DNA of 58,100 nt, from NCBI GenBank assembly GCA_900317165.1, contig ONFU01000014.1, forward strand, positions 1 to 58,100. Direction: 5' to 3'. Source of the stretch: an uncultured Erysipelotrichaceae bacterium. GTDB taxonomy: Bacteria > Bacillota_I > Bacilli_A > RFN20 > CAG-826. The translations under genes were made by a program, and so were the position numbers. Of this stretch, positions 8,839 through 17,504 are shown piece by piece. The notes beneath the pieces are model-generated. The model had not been told where the DNA came from, searched no databases, and saw only the letters and a list, made by a program, of their open reading frames with translations. Within the stretch, counting starts at the first letter, position 1; every line of letters begins with the position of its first letter.

Positions 8839-10772
8839 AGATGGCCGGTAAAAGCGGATTTCAGGAAGAAGCCTTGCCCGATAAGCTGAATCTAAAGATT
8901 TGGTTTAGGTTTTTGGCATTGGCTAAAGGCGATATCAAACATCTAATCAAGGCCATCGTCACCTCTATTTTCATCGCCTTCATCGACTCTAGTCTTTTGC
9001 CTTTATTCTTTGCCGGGGCCATCGATACGGCCTCCAAACTTCCCCTAACTTCGGAAGCGCAGTTCCTCGATGTCCTAATTCACGTCAAATTCCTTTTTGG
9101 AATCCAATTTGATTTGAATGTCCTCCCCTTCTTCTTCTTGATCATGGTCGGGGGAATCCTCGTTAGATGCGTCCTCATCTACATCAATTTCTATTTCTCG
9201 CAGATCTTCGCGATGAAAGTCGTCTCCACCTTGAGGAGGACGGGATTTAGGAAGGTGCAGGAACTTAGCTTCTCCTATTTCGATAGGAACTCCGCGGGTT
9301 GGCTAATCGCGAGGATGCAGGGCGATACCTCGACGATCGGGGACATCCTCTCTAGCGACGTCACCTCCTTCTTCTGGGCGATAGGCAATTTGATCTTCTC
9401 CCTCATCTCGATGTATTCTGTCAATTTCGTCTACGCCTCCATCGTTTTGGGAGCCTTGCCCTTAGTGGCCATCATGATCCCCTTCTTTGAAAGGACCATC
9501 CTTTTGCGTCACCGCATCGCGAGAAACGCCCATTCCCATTATGTCGGCTTCGTCGCGGAGACCATCAGCGGGGCCAAAACCATCAAATCGCTTTCCCTTG
9601 AGGAGAAATCATCCGCGGAGGCAGGGGATATCATCGAGGATATCCGCAAGAAGAGGGTCCGCGCCTTAAGGGTCAACGCCTTCTTCTCACCTCTTCTTGA
9701 TTTGATAGCTTCAGGATTAACCGCGTTAATCGTCTTCCTATCCTTAAGGAACGATTTGCCGGAATTCTTCGTGATTACCCCCGCCATCACCGTTTTGTTC
9801 ATCTCCTTCGTCTCCGCGATCTTCCAGCCTCTTGTGAGTTTAAGCGAATCCTTCTCCGAGATCATGGCCGCCCAAGCGGGCGCGGAAAAGGTCGCGCAGC
9901 TTTTCGATGCCGAGGTCAAAATCGTCGATTCACCGGAAGTCATCGAAAAATATGGGGATATCTTCCACCCAAAGAAAGAGAACTTCGTCCCCTTTAAGGG
10001 AGAGGTCGAATTCAAGGATGTCTCCTTCCATTACGATAACAACATCGAGGTCATCCACCCCTTCAATCTGAAGATCCCCCAGGGCACGAATATCGCAATC
10101 GTCGGGGAAACCGGGAGCGGCAAGACCACTTTAGCGAATTTGCTTTGCAGGTTCTATGAGCCAACAGGAGGCGAAATCCTCGTCGATAACAAGCCTTATC
10201 GGGAATATGGCATCCCCTATCTTCGTTCCCAAATCGGCTATGTCCAGCAAACCCCGCATCTATTCCCTCTGACCATCGCGGAAAACCTCCGTTACGGCAA
10301 GGAAAACGCGACGAAGGAAGAGATGGAGGAAGCCTGCAGGAAAGTGGGGATTCATGATTTCATCGCCTCTTTGCCAGAAGGTTATGAAACCCATTTAGGG
10401 GAAGGGGGAGGCTCACTTTCGCAAGGCCAAAAGCAGCTTATCTGCTTCGCTAGGGCCTTATTACGCGACCCTTCCATCCTTATCCTCGATGAAGCCACTT
10501 CTTCCGTCGATACCTCCACCGAGGCCTATTTGCAAAAGGCGATCGACGAATTGCTTAAGGGCAGGACCTCCATTACGATCGCCCACCGCCTTTCGACGAT
10601 CGTCAATTCCTCGCTTATCCTCTTTATGGAGAATGGTTCCATCCTGGAAAAGGGAACACATAAGGAATTGATGGCGAAAAAAGGCCATTATTACGAACTT
10701 TACCAAAGCCAATTCGAGCTTCTTAGCATCGATATGCAGATGGAAGTTAGAAATAGGGAAAACAAAGATTAG
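8835..10772 (+). CDS. ABC exporter, fused permease/ATPase subunit 2 (heterodimer partner)
   Basis: GETGSGKT, LSQGQKQ, ILDEATS; 4-bp overlap with the upstream gene. Confidence 0.93.
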   Translation: MKMAGKSGFQEEALPDKLNLKIWFRFLALAKGDIKHLIKAIVTSIFIAFIDSSLLPLFFAGAIDTASKLPLTSEAQFLDVLIHVKFLFGIQFDLNVLPFFFLIMVGGILVRCVLIYINFYFSQIFAMKVVSTLRRTGFRKVQELSFSYFDRNSAGWLIARMQGDTSTIGDILSSDVTSFFWAIGNLIFSLISMYSVNFVYASIVLGALPLVAIMIPFFERTILLRHRIARNAHSHYVGFVAETISGAKTIKSLSLEEKSSAEAGDIIEDIRKKRVRALRVNAFFSPLLDLIASGLTALIVFLSLRNDLPEFFVITPAITVLFISFVSAIFQPLVSLSESFSEIMAAQAGAEKVAQLFDAEVKIVDSPEVIEKYGDIFHPKKENFVPFKGEVEFKDVSFHYDNNIEVIHPFNLKIPQGTNIAIVGETGSGKTTLANLLCRFYEPTGGEILVDNKPYREYGIPYLRSQIGYVQQTPHLFPLTIAENLRYGKENATKEEMEEACRKVGIHDFIASLPEGYETHLGEGGGSLSQGQKQLICFARALLRDPSILILDEATSSVDTSTEAYLQKAIDELLKGRTSITIAHRLSTIVNSSLILFMENGSILEKGTHKELMAKKGHYYELYQSQFELLSIDMQMEVRNRENKD

Positions 10773-10868
10773 ATTTCCTTCTTTTTCCTTACTCAAAATC
10801 TTTGAAAGACCCTAAATAAGGGTCTATACTTTTATTAGCATTAGAAGAAAAGGAGGAATTTCAATTCC

Positions 10869-11747
10869 ATGTTAGTAAATGCAACCAAAATGCTTCGCGA
10901 TGCGAAGAAGGGACATTACGCGATTGGCCATTTCAACACCAACAACCTCGAATGGACCAAAGCCATCCTCACCACCGCTCAGGAGCTAAATTCACCAGTT
11001 ATCATCGGCGTTTCCATGGGTGCTGCCAAATATATGGGCGGATACCGTGTCGTCGCCGCGATGGTCAGAGAAATGGATAAGGGCCTCGGCATCACCGTTC
11101 CAGTCGCTCTCCACCTCGACCACGGCAACTACGAAGCCGCGAAAGCCTGCATCGAAGCCGGTTTCACCTCCGTCATGTTCGACGGTTCCTCTCTCCCATT
11201 TGAGGAAAACGTCGCCAAGACCAAGGAAATCGTCGCTCTCGCCCATGAAAAAGGCGTTTCCGTCGAAGCCGAAGTCGGCGCGATTGGCGGAACGGAAGAT
11301 GGCATCACCGCGGATGGCGAAGTCGCCGATCCCGAAGAATGCCGCAAGATCGTCGATCTCGGCGTTGATTTCCTCGCCGCCGGTATCGGCAATATCCATG
11401 GTATCTATCCAGAAGGCTGGACCGGGCTCCATATCGATGTCCTCGAGAAGATCAACGAAGCCACCGATTACATCCCACTAGTCCTCCATGGCGGAACAGG
11501 CATCCCCGACAACCAAATCCGCGACGCGATCGTCAATGGCGTCTCCAAGATCAACGTCAACACCGATTGCCAGCTCGTCTTCGCCGAAGCGACCATCAAA
11601 TACTGCGCCGAAGGCAAAGCCGATCCAACCGCCGCCAACGCCGCCAAGGGTTATGATCCACGCAAACTCCTTAAGCCTGGCTATGAAGCCATCAAAGCCA
11701 AGGTCAAGGAAAAGATGGAACTCTTCGGTTCCGTCAACAAAGCCTAA
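10869..11747 (+). CDS. fba: Class II fructose-1,6-bisphosphate aldolase
   Basis: VALHLDHG, SVMFDGS, GNIHG, LVLHGGTG, KINVNT; strong RBS and biased codon usage. Confidence 0.96.
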   Translation: MLVNATKMLRDAKKGHYAIGHFNTNNLEWTKAILTTAQELNSPVIIGVSMGAAKYMGGYRVVAAMVREMDKGLGITVPVALHLDHGNYEAAKACIEAGFTSVMFDGSSLPFEENVAKTKEIVALAHEKGVSVEAEVGAIGGTEDGITADGEVADPEECRKIVDLGVDFLAAGIGNIHGIYPEGWTGLHIDVLEKINEATDYIPLVLHGGTGIPDNQIRDAIVNGVSKINVNTDCQLVFAEATIKYCAEGKADPTAANAAKGYDPRKLLKPGYEAIKAKVKEKMELFGSVNKA

Positions 11748-11765
11748 TAAGCTTCCACTTAACTT

Positions 11766-11793
11766 AAAAATCCTCCTTCGCGGGAGGATTTTT
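11766..11793. terminator. Bidirectional intrinsic terminator
   Basis: aaaaatcctcc-ttcgcg-ggaggattttt. Confidence 0.8.
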
Positions 11794-11818
11794 CTTATGG
11801 AATCTTTTCCTTATAAGC

Positions 11819-13147
11819 TTATTTCTTGACTACGTTACGTTTAAGCTGTTTCCATTTAGGCTTGGTTAAGACCCCAACGAAGACGGCCACGCCATAGAAA
11901 GCCATGAAGATTGAGGAGAGAAAGATCGAACGTTTGTAGCCCTTGTAGTTCTTTAAGCCTAGTTTCTTCTTGCTCATTGCAATCGCAAGGAAAGTCTGAA
12001 GGGTGAAGATAACAAGGAAGGAACCGATGACGATCGCGGCCATGACAAGGAGGTTCATGAAGGCGGTTTGGGAGACGCTAGAGGTCATCAAGACCCCATC
12101 AAGCCCCGAGAAGCCACTCATCCATTCGACGCCGAGCCAATTGATGAAATGACATAGGGCGTAGAAGACGTAATAGGGCACGAACCAGAAGAAAGCGACC
12201 ATCGTGAAGGGGATCATCAACATCTGGACGAACAAATCGACGTTGCTCCATCTGCCGGAGACGAAGAAATGTCCAAGCAAGGGCCAACCCTTCCTCCAGA
12301 AGACGCCGTGGAGGCCATGTCCCATACGGGCTAGGCGGTTCCAGGTATCCTTCATGGTCGAAGGCTGATCCTCATAGACGATAGCGTCAGCGACATAATG
12401 GACGCGCTTCTTCTCTAATAGCCTCTTGATGGTGAATTCGGAATCGTCGCTAGTGGATAAAGCGTCCCAATAGCCTCTTATGTTTTTGATGATCTCATAG
12501 GAAACCATCATGCCCGCTCCGGTAAGCATCGAGTCGAGATGGAGGTTTTCGCGGAAATTGGAGGCGATGCGGGAATCGCGGATATAATAGGCCGCGGAGA
12601 CCGAGGTCCAGGTATTCTGGGTCGCGTTGGTGCTCGCTTCGAAGGGACGTGCGATTTGGACCCCGCTTCTATAGGCGTTATTCATCTGACGGATATAATC
12701 GGGGTTCCCGTGGTTATCCGCGTCGAATTTGATGAAGAAATCGTAGACTTCGCCGCTTTCGATGATCTTCTCTAAGCCATATTGGATGGCGTAGGCCGCG
12801 CGATGATGGGCGGGGTCGGAATCGAAATGGGGGATGACCTTGGCCCCGGCTTTTTCAGCGATTTCCGCGGTGTTATCGGTGCAATTGTCCGCGACGACGT
12901 AGACATCGAATTTGTCCTTGGGGTAATTTTGGTTATCAAGGAGGTCTTTGACCGTATCCTCGATGACGTCTTTTTCGTTTCTCGCGCAGATGATGATCGC
13001 GACCCTTCCATAATCCTCGCTATCCTTGAAATGCTTCTCGGGGAGGAAGAAGAAAAGGATCATGACGAGCTGGAAAAGGAAAGTGATCGCGGAGATGCCG
13101 ATCGCGACGTAATTGATGATTTCTAGGGTCTTCCAAACAATGTCCAT
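11819..13147 (-). CDS. GT2-family membrane glycosyltransferase
   Basis: IICARNE, VADNCTD, KFDADN motifs; N- and C-terminal TM helices. Confidence 0.88.
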   Translation of the reverse strand: MDIVWKTLEIINYVAIGISAITFLFQLVMILFFFLPEKHFKDSEDYGRVAIIICARNEKDVIEDTVKDLLDNQNYPKDKFDVYVVADNCTDNTAEIAEKAGAKVIPHFDSDPAHHRAAYAIQYGLEKIIESGEVYDFFIKFDADNHGNPDYIRQMNNAYRSGVQIARPFEASTNATQNTWTSVSAAYYIRDSRIASNFRENLHLDSMLTGAGMMVSYEIIKNIRGYWDALSTSDDSEFTIKRLLEKKRVHYVADAIVYEDQPSTMKDTWNRLARMGHGLHGVFWRKGWPLLGHFFVSGRWSNVDLFVQMLMIPFTMVAFFWFVPYYVFYALCHFINWLGVEWMSGFSGLDGVLMTSSVSQTAFMNLLVMAAIVIGSFLVIFTLQTFLAIAMSKKKLGLKNYKGYKRSIFLSSIFMAFYGVAVFVGVLTKPKWKQLKRNVVKK

Positions 13148-13156
13148 AAATTCTCC

Positions 13157-14014
13157 CTAAAGTGATGAAGTCGAGTTTTCCCTAATCGAAGGATAAACGA
13201 TATTGACGTTTAACTCAACATTCCATTCTTCGAATTCGATTAGGACGTCCTTGCCACCATAATGACGGATTATCCTTCTATATAATGAAGGGATATAGTC
13301 CTTCCATACCCCGACATAGGAATCGGGAGGCAGGCTTTTTTCCTCGTTTACGTATTTATAATATTCGACCTTCATATCGGTTTTCTCGATTTCGGGACGG
13401 ATATAATAATGGATTTCCTCGAGTTTTTCGCGTTGCTTCGAATATAAAGAGGGGATCTTGAACATGACCTCGCTTATTTCGAAAGTCGACTCGAAGAAAT
13501 ATTCCTTAGCAAGCGGGAAGAACTTTTCCTTAAAATATTCCTTCGCGCTTTTTTGGTCGGGGAATTCCTTCTTTTGGAGGTCGGTTTCCTCAATCGCCGC
13601 GCTTTCCTTATCCTCTTTCACCAATTGGTAGTAATAGGAAAAGATGGTTTTATCCTCAATATAGGCATAGGAGGAATATTCCTCTTTCCTCCCTTCGATC
13701 GTTTCCTCTTTTTGGGTTATCGCGTAATAGCCTTTCATTAGATCGAAGACGGCGTAACCGCTTCTTTCCCTCTTTATTTCCTTATAGATGATGTTCCCGA
13801 AGAAGGGTTTTCGTTCTTCTTCGATGCCTTCCTTAGCAACTGTCGAAATCGCGAAGGTTTCGGGATAAACGACCTCCCTTTCCTCTATATCCGCCTTATA
13901 GGAAGAGAATTCATCAACCCCTTTTTCATATGGGAGCTCCTTGAATTCATCTAGATGAAAGGAACAGGAGGAAAGGGCGAAAAGGAAAAAGGATAAGGAG
14001 ATAACACGTTTCAT
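13157..14014 (-). CDS. Hypothetical lipoprotein
   Basis: MKRVISLSFFLFALSSC lipobox. Confidence 0.75.
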   Translation of the reverse strand: MKRVISLSFFLFALSSCSFHLDEFKELPYEKGVDEFSSYKADIEEREVVYPETFAISTVAKEGIEEERKPFFGNIIYKEIKRERSGYAVFDLMKGYYAITQKEETIEGRKEEYSSYAYIEDKTIFSYYYQLVKEDKESAAIEETDLQKKEFPDQKSAKEYFKEKFFPLAKEYFFESTFEISEVMFKIPSLYSKQREKLEEIHYYIRPEIEKTDMKVEYYKYVNEEKSLPPDSYVGVWKDYIPSLYRRIIRHYGGKDVLIEFEEWNVELNVNIVYPSIRENSTSSL

Positions 14015-14018
14015 CCCC

Positions 14019-15713
14019 TTAATCCTTCCCTTCCTTTGCATTCTTGGCTTTATGGGTTTTGCCCTTTTTGTTCATGGCTTTATTGGCATACATCTTCTTA
14101 TCCGCCCTAGCGAAGACCTCCTCGAAGGATTTGTCTTCGTCTTGATGGAAGGAAGCCATGCCCAAAGAATAGGAATAATCCTTGCCGTTAATCCGCTTCC
14201 CGACGATGGATTTGAAGAGTTCCTTCCTATTTATGTAATCCTCTCCTTCTGCGATTGCGACGAATTCATCGCCGCCAACGCGGTAAACGGGGGAATGGAC
14301 GAAGGCGCGGCAAAGCGATAGGCAGGCAAAGCGGATCGCCTCGTCTCCTGAGGTATGGCCCAAGGTGTCGTTAACGCCTTTAAGGTTATCGACATCGCAC
14401 ATGATGACGGCGAATTCGGCCTTTCTTTCCGCGATAGCCTTATTAATGGAATCGACTTTCTCCTCATAGGCCGTCTTGTTTTTGACTCCGGTTAGGCCAT
14501 CTTGGAAGGCAAGGACGCTCATGGCGGCCCTTTCGGCCTTCAAGGCGGTGACCATCGCGACGAAAGATTCGGTAAGCTCGCCGATTTCATCGTCTCTTCC
14601 TGGTTTTATCTTTACTTCCAAGTCGCCATCGCGAATCGTGCCGACCGCTTCATTTAGGTCTTTGATTGGCTTAAAGAAATACCTAACGGTGAAGAAAAGG
14701 GCCAAGGCTAACAAGGCCGTGACGGAAAGATAGACGATAAAAGGGATGACAGTAAGGAGGAAACTCGATTCAAAGACGACGTTCGTCTTGGCGGATATCC
14801 CATAATCCATGCCGTTACGGAGGGTGATGACGAGGGCGGTTAGGGAATTGCCCTTATATGGGTAGTTATGGATTTTATTGTCATGAAGCGCGACGCTTTT
14901 TTGGCCAACGATCGATTCAACCGTGACCGAAGTCCCGACGAAATGGCCGTTTTCATCGAAGCCTTTGTTATCTTCATGATAGAGGATCTGGTCGTTTTGC
15001 CCAACGAGGAAAGCGGAGGCCGCGGTAGCGAAATCCCCTTCAATGTTAGTCGCGTAAGTGAGGATTTCATTCCATTGCAAATCGACTCCGATTACCCCAA
15101 GGAATGTCTCGTTTTCATAAATCGGAACCGCGTAGGTAACGAGGTTTTGGTCGATGTTCGCGTTGTAATAAGGCTCAAGCCAAATCGGTTTGGAGGAATC
15201 CTTGACCGTATACCACCAGATGACGTTTTCCTTATCTTCCTCGGTGAAGTTGAGGATGTTGGTGACTGGGAAGGGGGCGAAGTTGTTTCCGTCTATTGGG
15301 CGGACTTTGAAAATGCCCTTACCATCGATTCCTTCGCCTTGGGTAACCCCGCATAAAGAAGGCTCGAGGACAAGCCAATAGGTACAGAGAAAATTAACGG
15401 GCTTAGCCACTGCTCCAAAGGCAGAATCGATATTGATTAGGCCGTTTTCAAGCCTAGCATCGTCCCCTAGGACATCGACGCTAAGGGCGCTTTCAGCGAT
15501 TTGCTTGCCGGAATTGACGACCGTTTCTGCGACAAGGAGGGAATTCTCGAAGTCCTCGGAATTGTTATTGGCGGCGATTAGCATGCGGTTGTTCGCGTTA
15601 TAGTCCGCCAAGGAATTGTTGACGAGATACGTCGAAATAAGGCCACTTGTCATCGCAACGAGGATGGAAATGACCGAGATGAAGGTAATTTTGAGGGATA
15701 AGGATTGCTTCAT
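14019..15713 (-). CDS. Membrane sensor diguanylate cyclase (Cache-like sensor, HAMP, GGDEF)
   Basis: Two TMs flanking a WY...W.EPY..A Cache-like region; DDEIGEL HAMP; DGLTG, DVDNLKGVND.LGH..GD, RVGGDEF. Confidence 0.92.
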   Translation of the reverse strand: MKQSLSLKITFISVISILVAMTSGLISTYLVNNSLADYNANNRMLIAANNNSEDFENSLLVAETVVNSGKQIAESALSVDVLGDDARLENGLINIDSAFGAVAKPVNFLCTYWLVLEPSLCGVTQGEGIDGKGIFKVRPIDGNNFAPFPVTNILNFTEEDKENVIWWYTVKDSSKPIWLEPYYNANIDQNLVTYAVPIYENETFLGVIGVDLQWNEILTYATNIEGDFATAASAFLVGQNDQILYHEDNKGFDENGHFVGTSVTVESIVGQKSVALHDNKIHNYPYKGNSLTALVITLRNGMDYGISAKTNVVFESSFLLTVIPFIVYLSVTALLALALFFTVRYFFKPIKDLNEAVGTIRDGDLEVKIKPGRDDEIGELTESFVAMVTALKAERAAMSVLAFQDGLTGVKNKTAYEEKVDSINKAIAERKAEFAVIMCDVDNLKGVNDTLGHTSGDEAIRFACLSLCRAFVHSPVYRVGGDEFVAIAEGEDYINRKELFKSIVGKRINGKDYSYSLGMASFHQDEDKSFEEVFARADKKMYANKAMNKKGKTHKAKNAKEGKD

Positions 15714-15848
15714 ACTCAAAAAGAGACGAAAGACGAATTTCGTCTTTGCTATTTTACTCGCGGGCGGGCGCGAAAAAAAGTGGGTTTGAAATTGCTTTTG
15801 CCAGCAAAAATTTAACCATAGCTTAGGAAAAGCTTTATAGTTATTCAT

Positions 15849-16982
15849 ATGGAACAATATGATTTAGTTAAGCGCGAAAAAGCGATTATAAAAACCTCGA
15901 TAATCGGGATTCTTGGAAACGTTGCCCTCGTTGGCTTCAAGGCTACCGTCGGCTTAATCGCGGGATCCATCGCGATTATCCTCGATGCCGTCAATAACTT
16001 AACCGACGCCTTATCCTCGATTATCACAATGATCGGAACTAAGATCGCCGGGAAAAAGCCCGATAAAAACCATCCTTATGGACACGGTAGAAGCGAATAC
16101 CTCGCCTCGATGGCGGTTGGTATCATCGTCACTTTCGCTGGCGGCCTCGCCGTTTATGAAGCGGTCAGAGGAATAATCGCTGACCCAACTTGCTCCAATC
16201 CCCCGGCATATGACGTTTGGATGCTCATCATCGTTGGGGTCGCCGTCTTGACCAAAGTCGCTCTCGGCCTATATTTCCGTCATAACGGGAAAAAATGGAA
16301 TTCCGAGGCATTGAAGGATTCCGGAATCGACGCTTTATTCGATGCGATCCTTTCTTTCTCGACTTTGGTTGCCGCGTTGGTGAGCTTCTTCACCCATTTC
16401 GCGATCGAAAACTATCTAGGCGCCCTCATCGGTTTGTTCATCCTTAGGGCCGGCATCAAAATGCTTATCCGCTCCTACTCCCTTATCATCGGGGAAAGAG
16501 TCAGCAAAGAAGAAACTCAAGCTCTCCGTAAGGCGATTGCCTCCTACCCTGAAGTCAAAGGTGTCTATGACCTTATCCTCCATAATTATGGGCCTAACCG
16601 CTCCATCGGCAGTGCCCATATCGAAGTCGATGATAGCTTCAACGCGAAGCAAATCCATGACTTAACCAGAAGGATCACCGGGGATATCTACCTCAAGACA
16701 GGCATTATCTTGACCCTCGGGGTCTATGCGAGCAACGATTCCTCGCCTTTAGGAAAAGAGATTAAGGATAGCCTTCTTAAGGTCTTGAAGGATTATCCAT
16801 CCGTCCTCCAAATCCATGGCTTCTACGTTAGGGAAGAAGAGAAATTCTGCTCCTTCGACCTCATCTTCGATTTCGCGGATAAGGATTCGAAAAAGGCCAT
16901 TGAGGGGATTAGGAACAAGATGAAGGAAATCTATCCTGAGTTCACCTTCTACGTGGTGGAAGACCTTGATTTCGCGGATTGA
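15849..16982 (+). CDS. Cation diffusion facilitator family transporter
   Basis: SIAIILDAVNNLTD, KPDKNHPYGHGRSEY, LILHNYG motifs. Confidence 0.92.
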   Translation: MEQYDLVKREKAIIKTSIIGILGNVALVGFKATVGLIAGSIAIILDAVNNLTDALSSIITMIGTKIAGKKPDKNHPYGHGRSEYLASMAVGIIVTFAGGLAVYEAVRGIIADPTCSNPPAYDVWMLIIVGVAVLTKVALGLYFRHNGKKWNSEALKDSGIDALFDAILSFSTLVAALVSFFTHFAIENYLGALIGLFILRAGIKMLIRSYSLIIGERVSKEETQALRKAIASYPEVKGVYDLILHNYGPNRSIGSAHIEVDDSFNAKQIHDLTRRITGDIYLKTGIILTLGVYASNDSSPLGKEIKDSLLKVLKDYPSVLQIHGFYVREEEKFCSFDLIFDFADKDSKKAIEGIRNKMKEIYPEFTFYVVEDLDFAD

Positions 16983-17087
16983 TAACGGCCTAGAAAACTA
17001 GGTCGTTTTTTATATCTAAGTAAATATATAGCGATTTATTTTCATTTGTTTGCTCCTTATATTGAAATGTGGGAATAAGTATATATT

Positions 17088-17276
17088 TTACTTCGCGGAC
17101 CACTCGAATTTATAGCCGCTAGGCAAAGTTACCTTACCTCCCTTAGAAACGAAAAGGCGATAGGCGACGACCGTCAAGATGACGACGGTGAAGACGACCA
17201 TCACGGTCGCTAAGGTGATCGCTTCCCCCGTTCTTATTGAAGATAGTTCGGAATCCGATAATGGTATTTTACTCAT
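17088..17276 (-). CDS. 62-aa peptide with a double-glycine-type leader-like N-terminus and one hydrophobic helix
   Basis: AGGAGG RBS; MSKIPLSDSELSSIRTG then EAITLATVMVVFTVVILTVVAYRLF... Confidence 0.7.
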   Translation of the reverse strand: MSKIPLSDSELSSIRTGEAITLATVMVVFTVVILTVVAYRLFVSKGGKVTLPSGYKFEWSAK

Positions 17277-17304
17277 AAGCAAAACCTCCTTTTAATTTAT
17301 TTGA

Positions 17305-17379
17305 TAGAGGGAAAATGCTAGGGTGGAAAGAAGGGTGAGGAACTATTGCTAAGACAAGGCTCCTAGAATTTTCCCTCTA
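17305..17379 (-). repeat. 18-bp inverted repeat (1 mismatch) forming a leader hairpin
   Basis: TAGAGGGAAAATGCTAGG (17305-17322) / CCTAGAATTTTCCCTCTA (17362-17379). Confidence 0.7.
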
Positions 17380-17414
17380 CTAACTAATAGTGGTTTTTTT
17401 CGAAAATTGGCTCA
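17375..17414 (-). promoter_or_regulatory. Conserved promoter-like motif, copy B
   Basis: Minus strand TGAGCCAATTTTCG-N7-CCACTATTAGTTAGTAGAG. Confidence 0.7.
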
Positions 17415-17504
17415 AAAAAAATGAAAACTTTTTAAAAAATTTTTTTCTTAAAGCAAAATAAAAAGGCCCTAAGGGTTAAAATCCTTAGAGCCTATCGGAT
17501 GTTT

